Below the pieces are notes generated by a model. It was not told where the DNA came from. It did no database searches and saw only the letters and a program-made list of their open reading frames with translations. Positions 8,217 to 17,673 of a DNA stretch of 64,000 nt are shown here, in pieces (positions within the stretch are counted from its first letter, which is position 1; every line of letters starts with the position of its first letter). A program made the translations under genes and the position numbers. This DNA is from an uncultured Bacteroidales bacterium. Lineage in GTDB: Bacteria > Bacteroidota > Bacteroidia > Bacteroidales > UBA932. Location of the stretch: the NCBI GenBank assembly GCA_905235445.1, contig CAJOLJ010000018.1:9696-73695 (forward strand), written 5' to 3'.

Positions 8217-10748
8217 TTACTTTGTCTTTATCGTGACCCTGTCTTCCTGAAGGCCGGCGCTTCGGGCAGTCAGGACAGCTTTCCCCTTGTTGGAGGATCC
8301 CCTCAGCACCACGAGGCATTTCCCGTAGAAAGCCTTCCTGTGGCTGTCCTTGAACCTTTCCATCGATATCGGGCTTCCGTTGTCGACCCCCTCTATCCTT
8401 GCCGTTCCCTTCACATCGAACTGCACGTCGTTCTCAGCCCAGGGACAGAGGTTGCCGTCCTTGTCCAGGATTTCGACAGTGACAAAGGACAGGTCCTTCC
8501 CGTCTGCGGATATGACGCTGCGGTCAGGGGTAAGTTTGACCATATAGGGTTCACCGGCTGTGCGGATGGTCTGGGCCGCGACCTCTTTCCCGTCTTTGCG
8601 TGAGACAACCCGGACGCTTCCTGGGAGATACTTCACCCTCCACTGGGCATGCAGGCAGTCCTCGGTCTTGCTCTTGACCCCTGCGGACTGTCCGTTCACG
8701 AAGAGCTCGACCTCATCGGCGTTGTTGTAGTAGCACCACATGTCAATGTCCTGCCCCTCTTCCCAGTTCCAGTGGGGGAAGAGATGGAGTGTCGGCTCAT
8801 CTGTCCATTCGCTTCGGTAAAGCCACCAGGCATCCTTGGGGAACCCGGCAAGGTCCACGACCCCGAAGTAGGAACTCCTTGCAGGCCAAGGGTAGGGAGT
8901 GGGCTCACCGATGTAGTCGAACCCGGTCCAGATGAACTGTCCGCTCACGTAGTCGTTGTCACGGATGATTTTCAGTGTCTGCTCGTGTGTGTTGCCCCAG
9001 GGGACATGGCAGTTGTCGTAAGAGGAGCACGAGTAGGAGTCGTCATGGAAAGGGGCGAGGAAAGAAGTCGGGAATATGTACATGGAGTCGGAAGGCATCC
9101 TGTAATAGCCCCTTGTGGCGAGGGCTGAGTTGCTCTCCGTTATGACGAAGGGCTTGCCTGGATAGTTCTGCGGAACTTTGAGGACATCCTGGTTGTGGTA
9201 GTTGAAACCGATTACGTCCAGGGCTCCGCTTCGGAAAAGATGGTTCCACTTACCCGTCTCGTTGCATCCTGCCGTAATGGGCCTGGAGGGGTCCATTTCC
9301 CTCACGATATCGGCGAGGCGTATGGTAAGGAGTGAGTTGACGCTAAGGGCCTCCTCACCGCCGGCGGGAACCTCCTCGGAAGCGTGTCCGAGGTTCAGTA
9401 TGAGGTTCGCCTCCTCCAGGGACAGTGTGTCGGCATCGGCGCTGCTCCACTGCTCGAGGACCTCGTTCCCGATGCTCCAGATGACAATGCTGGGGTGATT
9501 GCGGTCACGTCTGACAAAGTCCCTGAGGTCCTGCTCGTACCATTTGTCGAAATAGCGGGCGTAGTCGTTGGCCGTCTTTCTGCGTCGCCACATATCGAAA
9601 GATTCATCCATCACCAGGAATCCCATCCTGTCGCAAAGGTCCAGGAGAATGGGGGAGGGGGGATTGTGTGAAGTGCGGATGGCATTGCAGCCCATTCCGC
9701 GCAGTATTTCCAGCTGACGCTCAATCGCCCGCCTTGAAGTTGCGGCCCCCAGGCAGCCGAGGTCGTGGTGCATGCATACACCATTGAGCTTGACCTTCTT
9801 CCCGTTCAGTCGGAACCCGTCAAGGTCGAATGATATGGTCCTTACGCCGAAGGGCGTGAGGTACTTGTCAACTACACTGCCTTCCACGAGGACGGATGTC
9901 TCGAGAGTGTACAGGTACGGGTCGCTGACGGACCACAGGTGAGCGGAGGGTATGGACCCTTCCAGGGAAGCTACGCTTGTCGTACCGCTTCCCAGGACGA
10001 CCTGCCCCTCCATGGTAGTGACTTGCCGTCCTTTGTCATCCAGTATGCTGCACCGGAGGGTGGCATCCACGGGTGAGTCCGAATCGTTTCTCACCGAGAT
10101 CTCGGCGCTCACCGGAGCATCGCCATTCCCGTCCAACTTATCAGCCCTTACGAAGGTCCCGTCCCGCACCACATGCTGGCAGGCGGTCTTTACGAGCCTA
10201 ACGTCTCGGTAGATGCCGCAGCCACTATACCACCTGCTATTGGGTTGGTCCGAATTGTCCACCTTGACGGCAATGACATTCTCCTGACCAAAGCGGATAT
10301 ACGGGGTCAGGTCGTAACCGAAGGAAATGTACCCGTAGGGGCGCATCCCCAGGGACTGCCCGTTTATGAACACTTCGGTCTGCATGTACGCCCCGTCGAA
10401 CTCGACGCTTATCCTTTTCCCCGAGTCGCTTGCAGGTACGTTGAAAGTCTTGCGATACCATCCCAGTCCACCCGGCAGGGCTCCTCCTCCGGTCCCGGAG
10501 GGGTTGTCCTGTGAAAAGTCGCCTTCGATGGCCCAGTCATGGGGAAGTTCAATGTCCCTCCAGGAACTGTCATCGAAGTCAATTGGGGTGGGAGTCCCAC
10601 TCTGGGCGAGGGAGAACTTCCATCCCGAGTCGAAGTCCTCGATTATCCGGGGGTAGGTGTCCTCTCTCTCTTTTGTTCCCGTGCAGGATAGGATGCCTGA
10701 GAGTGTGAAAAAGGCAATGACAAAACAAGTTGTGATTCTGGTGTTCAT
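8217..10748 (-). CDS. Glycoside hydrolase family 2 (beta-galactosidase-like), secreted lipoprotein
   Basis: GH2 signatures: NAIRTSHNPPSP, IVIWSIGNEV, DESFDMW. Internal Met gives MNTRITTCFVIAFFTLSGILSC (signal plus lipobox). A -7 box at 10773..10780 lies downstream of the longer-ORF start at 10871. Confidence 0.85.
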   Translation of the reverse strand: MNTRITTCFVIAFFTLSGILSCTGTKEREDTYPRIIEDFDSGWKFSLAQSGTPTPIDFDDSSWRDIELPHDWAIEGDFSQDNPSGTGGGALPGGLGWYRKTFNVPASDSGKRISVEFDGAYMQTEVFINGQSLGMRPYGYISFGYDLTPYIRFGQENVIAVKVDNSDQPNSRWYSGCGIYRDVRLVKTACQHVVRDGTFVRADKLDGNGDAPVSAEISVRNDSDSPVDATLRCSILDDKGRQVTTMEGQVVLGSGTTSVASLEGSIPSAHLWSVSDPYLYTLETSVLVEGSVVDKYLTPFGVRTISFDLDGFRLNGKKVKLNGVCMHHDLGCLGAATSRRAIERQLEILRGMGCNAIRTSHNPPSPILLDLCDRMGFLVMDESFDMWRRRKTANDYARYFDKWYEQDLRDFVRRDRNHPSIVIWSIGNEVLEQWSSADADTLSLEEANLILNLGHASEEVPAGGEEALSVNSLLTIRLADIVREMDPSRPITAGCNETGKWNHLFRSGALDVIGFNYHNQDVLKVPQNYPGKPFVITESNSALATRGYYRMPSDSMYIFPTSFLAPFHDDSYSCSSYDNCHVPWGNTHEQTLKIIRDNDYVSGQFIWTGFDYIGEPTPYPWPARSSYFGVVDLAGFPKDAWWLYRSEWTDEPTLHLFPHWNWEEGQDIDMWCYYNNADEVELFVNGQSAGVKSKTEDCLHAQWRVKYLPGSVRVVSRKDGKEVAAQTIRTAGEPYMVKLTPDRSVISADGKDLSFVTVEILDKDGNLCPWAENDVQFDVKGTARIEGVDNGSPISMERFKDSHRKAFYGKCLVVLRGSSNKGKAVLTARSAGLQEDRVTIKTK

Positions 10749-10772
10749 GGTGCCGTTTTTTTGTGAGCGTTT

Positions 10773-10780
10773 CAAAGATA
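10773..10780 (-). promoter_or_regulatory. -7 promoter box (TATCTTTG on minus strand)
   Basis: TAnnTTTG match ~25 nt upstream of the GH2 ATG at 10748. Confidence 0.5.
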
Positions 10781-11058
10781 CAAAGAAAGCTTGTATGTTG
10801 TCATTATCGGGTCCTATATTGAAGTACTGAGGAATTCGGCGAATCTTTGTCGTTGCAGTCAAAATTGACAAATACTGCCCGGGCCCCTCTTTGGCTCAGG
10901 CTTTTTCATTTCACGGTGGGTGGCGAAAGTCCCTCAAATCCCTCCCAAGCACCACGTGAGCCCTTTTGAATTTGCCAATATAGAGACAAGCATCTGATTA
11001 TTATCGGGAAAGGCATTCTTTTTTGCGACAATCAATGCTTTTTTGGACAGGAAAGCAT

Positions 11059-11066
11059 TATATTTG
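11059..11066 (+). promoter_or_regulatory. -7 promoter box (TATATTTG)
   Basis: TAnnTTTG match ending 7 nt before the ATG at 11073. This implies a leaderless or near-leaderless iorA mRNA and excludes the 11043 start. Confidence 0.45.
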
Positions 11067-11072
11067 CTCCCT

Positions 11073-12710
11073 ATGAAAGACAAAAGACTACTCCTTGGCG
11101 ATGAGGCCATCGCCCTCGGTGCCCGGGACAGCGGACTTTCCGGTGTATATGCATATCCCGGTACCCCTTCCACGGAAATCACCGAGTTCATCCAGAACGA
11201 TCCCCTTTGCATACAGAGGGGTATACATTCCCGTTGGTGCACGAATGAGAAGACAGCCATGGAAGCTGCCCTGGGCATGTCCTACGCAGGCAAGCGCGCC
11301 ATGGTCTGCATGAAGCACGTTGGAATGAATGTCTGCGCCGATCCATTCGTGAACAGTGCCCTGACCGGCGTAAACGGAGGACTCATTGTCCTTGTCGCCG
11401 ATGACCCATCCATGCATTCCTCCCAGAACGAGCAGGATTCCAGGTACTACGCATCCTTCGCGATGATCCCGCTGTTCGAACCCTCGAACCAGCAGGAAGC
11501 CTACGATATGGTAGGGGAGGCATTCGCCCTTTCAGAAAAGTATTCCACTCCCGTCATGATAAGGATGGTGACCCGTCTGGCCCACTCCAGGGCTGAGGTC
11601 CTCCCCAGGGAGACCGCCCCCCAGAATGCCCTGTCCCCGTCATCGGATATGGGCTGGGTCCTTCTTCCCGCCATTGCCAGGCGGCAGTATCTGAAACTCA
11701 TAGACAAGCAGCCCGCATTCCTTTCCGCGAGTGAGAGTTCTCCCTGCAATGCGATTCTCCCGGGCCGTGAAGGGGAGGGAAACGAGGGCCTTGGAATTGT
11801 AGCCTGCGGAATTGGCATAAACTACGTAAACGAGGCTTCACCAGCCTGTACGGGCATAGTGAAGGTGTCAAGATATCCGCTCCCTGTCCAGATGATCAGA
11901 GACCTTGGTTCCCGCAGCAGCCGCATCCTCGTGGTCGAGGACGGGCAGCCGTTCGTGGAACATGAGATAAAGGCCATCCTGGGTGCTGATTACCCTGTCC
12001 TGGGAAGGCTCACGGGGGATCTTCCCAGAACCGGTGAACTGAACCCCGACAATGTCGGGGCGGCTGTAGGGCGTCCAAGTTCAAGGGCATTCCCGGATGC
12101 GCTCAATATGGCGCCCCGTCCTCCTCAGCTATGTCCCGGATGCGGACACAGGGACGTCTATGCAGCCCTCAACGAGGTTGCCGCAAGTTATCCGGGTGCA
12201 AGGATATTCGGGGACATCGGGTGTTATACCCTCGGTGCCCTCCCTCCATACAGGTCGCTTTCCAGTTGCGTCGATATGGGTGCATCCATTACCATGGCAA
12301 AGGGTGCTGCCGATGCCGGTGTGTTCCCCGCCATCGCTGTTATCGGTGACTCCACCTTCACCCATTCCGGCATGACCGGACTGCTGGATGCAGTGAACGG
12401 GAATGCGAACATAACTGTCATAATATCGGATAACCTCACTACCGCGATGACCGGTGGGCAGGACTCCGCAGGAACCAGCAAGTACGAAGGCATCTGCATT
12501 GGTCTGGGTGTGGACCCCGCCCATGTGAGGGTGGTGGTTCCCACACCTGCGAAGATACCTGAGATAACCGGGATAATCCGTGAGGAGATACAGTACAAGG
12601 GCGTATCCGTCATCATCCCCCGCAGGGAGTGCATCCAGTCTGCAAGAAGGCATGCTTCCGCAAGGGCCAAGGCAGCCGCAGCGGCAAAGACAAAAGACGG
12701 GGAGAAATAA
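11073..12710 (+). CDS. iorA: Indolepyruvate:ferredoxin oxidoreductase, alpha subunit
   Basis: N-terminus MKDKRLLLGDEAIALGARDSGLSGVYAYPGTPSTEI and the TPP-binding region (CPGCGHRDVY…GDSTFTHSGM) are typical of IorA. It is followed by iorB. Confidence 0.85.
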   Translation: MKDKRLLLGDEAIALGARDSGLSGVYAYPGTPSTEITEFIQNDPLCIQRGIHSRWCTNEKTAMEAALGMSYAGKRAMVCMKHVGMNVCADPFVNSALTGVNGGLIVLVADDPSMHSSQNEQDSRYYASFAMIPLFEPSNQQEAYDMVGEAFALSEKYSTPVMIRMVTRLAHSRAEVLPRETAPQNALSPSSDMGWVLLPAIARRQYLKLIDKQPAFLSASESSPCNAILPGREGEGNEGLGIVACGIGINYVNEASPACTGIVKVSRYPLPVQMIRDLGSRSSRILVVEDGQPFVEHEIKAILGADYPVLGRLTGDLPRTGELNPDNVGAAVGRPSSRAFPDALNMAPRPPQLCPGCGHRDVYAALNEVAASYPGARIFGDIGCYTLGALPPYRSLSSCVDMGASITMAKGAADAGVFPAIAVIGDSTFTHSGMTGLLDAVNGNANITVIISDNLTTAMTGGQDSAGTSKYEGICIGLGVDPAHVRVVVPTPAKIPEITGIIREEIQYKGVSVIIPRRECIQSARRHASARAKAAAAAKTKDGEK

Positions 12711-12722
12711 AGCAGAAAGAAG

Positions 12723-13304
12723 ATGAAAAAAGACATCATACTTTGCGGAGTCGGTGGACAGGGAATCCTGTCCATAGCGACGGTAATCGGCCAGGCGGCC
12801 ACCAGCTCTGGGCTCCATCTCAAGCAGGCTGAAGTCCATGGGATGAGCCAGAGGGGTGGGGACGTGGAAAGTGACCTGCGTCTCTCCACTCAGGAGATAG
12901 CAAGCGACCTTATCGCCGAAGGCGGGGCTGACCTCATAATTTCGATGGAACCGATGGAGGCCCTCAGGTATCTCAGGTTCCTTTCCCCCGACGGTGCAAT
13001 CATTACCGCGTCGGAACCTTTCGTCAATATCCCCAACTACCCCGACAGGGACGCTCTCACGGGAGAGCTGTCCTCCCTTCCGAACGTAACGAAGGGGGAT
13101 ATAGCGGCCCTCGCCCAGTCTGTCGGCAACCCCAAGGGTGCCAACATGGTCCTCCTGGGAATGGCTGCCTCAAGCATAGGGATTGTGTCCGAATCTGACC
13201 TGAGGGATGCGATAGGGAGCATATTCTCCGCCAAGGGAGAGAAGGTGGTGGCCCTGAACCAGGCCTCCTTCGACCTTGGCGTGAAGGTGTCCAAGGGCGA
13301 ATGA
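12723..13304 (+). CDS. iorB: Indolepyruvate oxidoreductase, beta subunit
   Basis: About 190 aa. MKKDIILCGVGGQGILS…EVHGMSQRGG is the gamma-domain signature of 2-oxoacid:ferredoxin oxidoreductases. It lies immediately after iorA. Confidence 0.85.
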   Translation: MKKDIILCGVGGQGILSIATVIGQAATSSGLHLKQAEVHGMSQRGGDVESDLRLSTQEIASDLIAEGGADLIISMEPMEALRYLRFLSPDGAIITASEPFVNIPNYPDRDALTGELSSLPNVTKGDIAALAQSVGNPKGANMVLLGMAASSIGIVSESDLRDAIGSIFSAKGEKVVALNQASFDLGVKVSKGE

Positions 13305-13347
13305 TCCCCATTCCATGATAGAAAAACGAACTTATACAATAAAGACA

Positions 13348-14658
13348 ATGATCTGGAACGAACACAAAGAGACCATGTCCCGTGACGAAATGTCAGCCAT
13401 GCAGGGACGTCGTCTCCACAAAACGGTAGACTACGTTTACCATCATGTCCCATTCTACCGCAAGAAACTTCAGTCCATGGATATCTCTCCCGATGATATC
13501 CAGACGGTGGAGGACATCGTAAAGCTTCCCTACACCACGAAGCAGGACCTGCGCGACAACTATCCCTTCGGGCTGCAGGCCGCACCCAAGAGCGAAATCA
13601 TCCGCATCCATGCGTCCTCAGGCACCACCGGCAATCCCACTATCGTGGGCTATACCCGCAGGGATGTCGAGATCTGGTCCGAGTGCATGGCCCGCTGCCT
13701 GACAGGCTACGGAATGACTTCCGATGATACTTTCTCGGTATCTTACGGCTACGGTCTCTTTACCGGGGGACTGGGCGCCCACTACGGAGTCGAAAGGGTC
13801 GGAGGGGCCGTGGTCCCCGCCTCCACCGGCAATACCGAGAAACACGTGCGCCTTATCCGTGACCTGGGTATCGACGGCATCGCCTGCACCCCCTCATACG
13901 CCCTTCACCTTGCCGAGGTGATGGAGACAATGGGAGTCACGAAAGACCAGATACGCCTTCGCATCGGTGCCTTCGGGGCGGAGCCCTGGACGGAGAACAT
14001 GCGTCATGAGATCGAGTCCCGCCTCGGCCTCAAGGGTTACAACCTCTACGGCCTCAGTGAGATAATGGGACCCTGCGTGAGCTTCGAGTGCGAGTGCCAG
14101 AACGGATCCCACGTAAACGAGGACCATTTCTTCCCGGAAATCATAGATCCCGACACCCTCGAGCCCCTCGGGCGCGGCCACTACGGGGAACTTGTGTTCA
14201 CGACCCTCACCAAAGAGGGCATGCCGCTGCTGCGTTACCGTACCCGTGACCTCTGTTCCCTCGTCGAGGGGGACGACTGCCCCTGCGGAAGGACCACGGT
14301 CAGAATGACCCCGATCATGGGGAGGAGCGATGACATGCTGATTATCCGCGGAATCAACGTGTTCCCCTCCCAGGTGGAGAGCGTCATCCTGGGCATTCCC
14401 GAATGTGCCCCTCGTTACCGCCTCATAGTGGACAGGGTCAACAACCTCGACACACTGACGGTGGAAGTGGAAATGAGGCCCGAGTACTTCATGGGTGCGG
14501 ATACGTTGGAGGCCGTGACCAACTTGGAGAAAGCCGTTGCGGCAAAGCTTCGCAGTGTCCTTTCCATCGGTGCCAATGTCCAGATCCGTCAGCCCGGTTC
14601 CCTCGAGAGGAGCCTCGGCAAGGGCAAGTACGTCATAGACAAGAGGGTCCTGAAATAA
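13348..14658 (+). CDS. paaK: Phenylacetate-CoA ligase (adenylate-forming), paralog 1
   Basis: SSGTTGNPT AMP-binding motif, YNLYGLSE, and a C-terminal DDMLIIRGINVFPSQVE. The start is taken at MIWNEHKETMSRDEM; the longer ORF starts at 13315. Confidence 0.85.
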   Translation: MIWNEHKETMSRDEMSAMQGRRLHKTVDYVYHHVPFYRKKLQSMDISPDDIQTVEDIVKLPYTTKQDLRDNYPFGLQAAPKSEIIRIHASSGTTGNPTIVGYTRRDVEIWSECMARCLTGYGMTSDDTFSVSYGYGLFTGGLGAHYGVERVGGAVVPASTGNTEKHVRLIRDLGIDGIACTPSYALHLAEVMETMGVTKDQIRLRIGAFGAEPWTENMRHEIESRLGLKGYNLYGLSEIMGPCVSFECECQNGSHVNEDHFFPEIIDPDTLEPLGRGHYGELVFTTLTKEGMPLLRYRTRDLCSLVEGDDCPCGRTTVRMTPIMGRSDDMLIIRGINVFPSQVESVILGIPECAPRYRLIVDRVNNLDTLTVEVEMRPEYFMGADTLEAVTNLEKAVAAKLRSVLSIGANVQIRQPGSLERSLGKGKYVIDKRVLK

Positions 14659-14716
14659 TCCCCTTATCCTTTTGCTATACAACAATTATACTGATAATTA
14701 ACTGTTTGCGGATACC

Positions 14717-16027
14717 ATGCCTTATCTGGAATTCTTCAACCCCGTCGAGGAGACCCTCGACCGTGCAGGAATCGAGAGACTTCAATTGGAACGCCTCCAA
14801 AGGACGGTCCGTCACTGCATGAACTCCCCCTTCTACAGGGAGAGGTTCGCAGGGGCAGGACTCACTCCCGATGACATACGGTCCCTTGATGACCTGAAGA
14901 AAATCCCCTTCACCACGAAGCAGGACCTGAGGGATACCTATCCCTTCGGGATGGCTTCGGTTCCACTGGACCGGTGTACCCGCCTACATTCCTCCAGCGG
15001 CACCACCGGTAACCCGACCGTCATCCTTCATACCAAGAGGGACCTCGAGCAGTGGGCGGTCGCCGTGGCCCGCTGCCTGTGGATGGTGGGCTGCCGTCCC
15101 GAGGACGTATTCCAGAACACTTCCGGTTACGGTATGTTCACGGGCGGGCTGGGGTTCCAGTACGGGGCCGAGCTTCTCGGGATGCTGACCATTCCCGCTG
15201 CGGCAGGCAACACCCTTCGCCAGATCAAGTTTTTCACGGACTTCGGAACCACCGTGGTCCATGCGATCCCCTCGTATGCCGCACGCCTGTACGAGGTCAT
15301 GTGCGAGAGGGGAGTGGACCCCAGGAGGGACACGAAGCTTCGCATCATGGCAATCGGTGCGGAGCCCCATAGCGAGGATACGAGGCGAAGGATAGAGGAA
15401 ATGCTGGGAGTGAAAGCCTACAACTCCTTCGGAATGTCCGAGATGTGCGGCCCGGGAGTCGGGTTTGAGTGCAAGGAGCAGAACGGCATGCATATCTGGG
15501 AGGACTATTACATCGTGGAGATAATAGACCCCGACACCCTTGAAAGAGTCCCTGACGGACAGGTGGGGGAACTGGTTCTCACCACGCTCAACCGAGAGGC
15601 GATGCCCCTGCTGCGCTACCGTACCCGTGACCTTACGAGGATTCTTCCGGGGGACTGCCCATGCGGAAGATGCCATAAGAGGATCGACCGGCTGAAGGGA
15701 AGAAGCGATGACATGATAATCCTGAAGGGGGTGAACATATTCCCCATACAGATTGAACAGGTCCTCATGCAGTTCAGGGAACTGGCATCCGACTATCTCA
15801 TCACCCTCGAGACCATTGACGGGAATGACGTCATGACCGTGGAAATCGAACTCTCCGACCGCTTCATAGACGACTATGCCGCCTTCCAGAAACTGGAAAG
15901 GGACATAATCCGCAGTCTTCGCGACGAGATCCTGGTGACCCCGAGGATAAAACTCATTCCCAAGGGAAGCCTCCCCAAGAGCGAGGGCAAGGCCGTCAGG
16001 GTCAGGGACCTTCGCAAACAGTATTGA
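14717..16027 (+). CDS. Phenylacetate-CoA ligase-like, paralog 2
   Basis: Same architecture and motifs as paralog 1 (SSGTTGNPT, YNSFGMSE, DDMIILKGVNIFPIQIE), clearly diverged from it. Confidence 0.85.
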   Translation: MPYLEFFNPVEETLDRAGIERLQLERLQRTVRHCMNSPFYRERFAGAGLTPDDIRSLDDLKKIPFTTKQDLRDTYPFGMASVPLDRCTRLHSSSGTTGNPTVILHTKRDLEQWAVAVARCLWMVGCRPEDVFQNTSGYGMFTGGLGFQYGAELLGMLTIPAAAGNTLRQIKFFTDFGTTVVHAIPSYAARLYEVMCERGVDPRRDTKLRIMAIGAEPHSEDTRRRIEEMLGVKAYNSFGMSEMCGPGVGFECKEQNGMHIWEDYYIVEIIDPDTLERVPDGQVGELVLTTLNREAMPLLRYRTRDLTRILPGDCPCGRCHKRIDRLKGRSDDMIILKGVNIFPIQIEQVLMQFRELASDYLITLETIDGNDVMTVEIELSDRFIDDYAAFQKLERDIIRSLRDEILVTPRIKLIPKGSLPKSEGKAVRVRDLRKQY

Positions 16028-16093
16028 CCCCCTCAGGACAGCCCAACGAACAAAATAGCTCAAAACATAGAACTTTCAATAACTTATACAGAG

Positions 16094-16522
16094 ATGACGG
16101 TACATCAACTTTCAATTTTCATCGAGAACAAGGCCGGTACGCTAGTGAGCGTGCTCAGACTTCTTAAGGATGCCGGTATCCAGCTGATTGCAACGACCAT
16201 CTCGGATACTGCTGAATATGGCATATGCAGGATCATCTGCTCCGAGCCAGAACGTGCATACGAGGTCCTCCGCTCCAACGGGGTGGCCGTGTCCCTGTGC
16301 GAGGTGATAGCGGTGGAGCTGGATGACGTGCCCGGAAGGGCTGCCGATGCCATCGGAATCCTCTCCGAGGAGGGCATCAGCATCTCCTACCTGTACTCAT
16401 TCCTCCTCTCTGGCAAGGGGGTGATTGTCTTCAGGACAGACGACAACCCCAAGACCCTCGACGCCCTCACCCGGTCCGGTATGACTGTCATTGCCGAAAA
16501 GGATCTCTCAAAACTTGTCTGA
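16094..16522 (+). CDS. ACT-domain protein
   Basis: Two ACT-like beta-alpha-beta-beta-alpha-beta halves (LSIFIENKAGTLVSVLRLLKDAGI…; VELDDVPGRAADAIGILSEEGISI). Last gene of the ior/paaK cluster. Confidence 0.75.
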   Translation: MTVHQLSIFIENKAGTLVSVLRLLKDAGIQLIATTISDTAEYGICRIICSEPERAYEVLRSNGVAVSLCEVIAVELDDVPGRAADAIGILSEEGISISYLYSFLLSGKGVIVFRTDDNPKTLDALTRSGMTVIAEKDLSKLV

Positions 16523-16662
16523 GGACTCCTTTGCAAATGTTGGCCCTGCCTCCTCCGAAGAAATGGATGCCCCCTCGCTTGGACGGACCTTGTGAAGGGG
16601 GCTGCCTTTTTGCCCCCGGGGTGAGTTTATCGGAAGGATTCAGAAAAAACACTCATGTTTTG

Positions 16663-16670
16663 TAAATTTG
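16663..16670 (+). promoter_or_regulatory. -7 promoter box (TAAATTTG)
   Basis: TAnnTTTG match ~68 nt upstream of the LicD-family ATG at 16738. Confidence 0.45.
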
Positions 16671-16737
16671 CATCCCGGAGCGGGAACTTGACACTCTTTC
16701 CCCCCCCTGGCCCCCAGTATCGCCACCAAGTGACATT

Positions 16738-17661
16738 ATGGCTCAAAGCGCCCCCACATACGATAAGGCCCTTTATGAAAGGATTCTCCTAAGGACCCTC
16801 CGGTCTTTCTCTGCTCTTTGCAAGAGAGAGGGTCTTCGTTACTTCCTGTCCTTCGGCTCGGCGATAGGGGCGGTGCGTCACGGCGGGATGATCCCCTGGG
16901 ACGATGACATTGATGTCTGCATGCCAAGGGAGGATTACGAGAGGTTCCTCTCCCTGGGGGAGTGGTGCACGGTCCGCCTGGACGGCAAGGATGAACGTTT
17001 CCGGATCGTTTCCCTGAGGACCTCCCCCGAGCGGTCGGACGTACCCTTTTCCTATGCCAAATGGACTGACACGACGTCCACCATCTGGGAGCAGAGACGT
17101 TACAGGTGCACCTTTGGCGTCTTCGTGGATGTGTTCCCCCTTGAGAGGGTGTCTTCCGTCCAGGAGGCGCAGACCCTCTGCGAAGAGTACAGGCGCTCCC
17201 TCCTTCAGTACAAGAGGTCTTTCAGGTCCCATTCCCTCTCCGACTGGAAAGAAGCCATCCTGGGGGCGAGGTTCCATGACCTGGGGGCATGGACGATGGA
17301 TGTGTGTGCCCTGAGAGGGCGCAGGGACAAATACCGCAGGGAGTTCATCGCCCTCGATGAGTCCCTTTCCGGGAGAGGAAATGACGGAGAGTACTGCACG
17401 GTACTGGACACCCCCTATTCCATGAAGAAAGTGACCTGCCCCATCCAGTGGTTCAGCGATACCGTAAAGATGCCTTTCGGTGATGTCGAAGCGCCCCTGC
17501 CGGTAGGATATGACAGCATCCTCTCCCAGATTTACGGGGATTATATGACTCCCCCTCCCGAGGAGGGGAGGATATCCGCTCATCATCATTACTTCGTTGA
17601 CCTTCAGAACTGTCTTACCCCCCAGCAAGTGGAAGGGAAATTGAAAGGACGGCAAAAATAG
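16738..17661 (+). CDS. LicD-family phosphotransferase
   Basis: GSAIGAVRHGGMIPWDDDIDVCMPREDYERF is the LicD/fukutin-type nucleotidyltransferase-fold DxD region. About 300 aa. Confidence 0.75.
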   Translation: MAQSAPTYDKALYERILLRTLRSFSALCKREGLRYFLSFGSAIGAVRHGGMIPWDDDIDVCMPREDYERFLSLGEWCTVRLDGKDERFRIVSLRTSPERSDVPFSYAKWTDTTSTIWEQRRYRCTFGVFVDVFPLERVSSVQEAQTLCEEYRRSLLQYKRSFRSHSLSDWKEAILGARFHDLGAWTMDVCALRGRRDKYRREFIALDESLSGRGNDGEYCTVLDTPYSMKKVTCPIQWFSDTVKMPFGDVEAPLPVGYDSILSQIYGDYMTPPPEEGRISAHHHYFVDLQNCLTPQQVEGKLKGRQK

Positions 17662-17673
17662 CTCTATACAAGG

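Noticed and set aside
10749-10871. Longest-ORF 5' extensions of several genes (also 3806..3853, 11043..11072, 22522..22695, 30100..30171, 35944..36108, 58331..58432)
   Set aside because: In each case a TAnnTTTG -7 box and/or the upstream gene lies inside the extension. A signal peptide or family-typical N-terminus begins at the internal Met, so the shorter starts were used.
13894-16063. 263-aa and 359-aa minus-strand ORFs opposite the two paaK paralogs; similar cases at 23128..23970 and 29146..30091
   Set aside because: Same reasoning. They are fully nested in well-supported genes on the other strand and their translations have no recognisable motifs.
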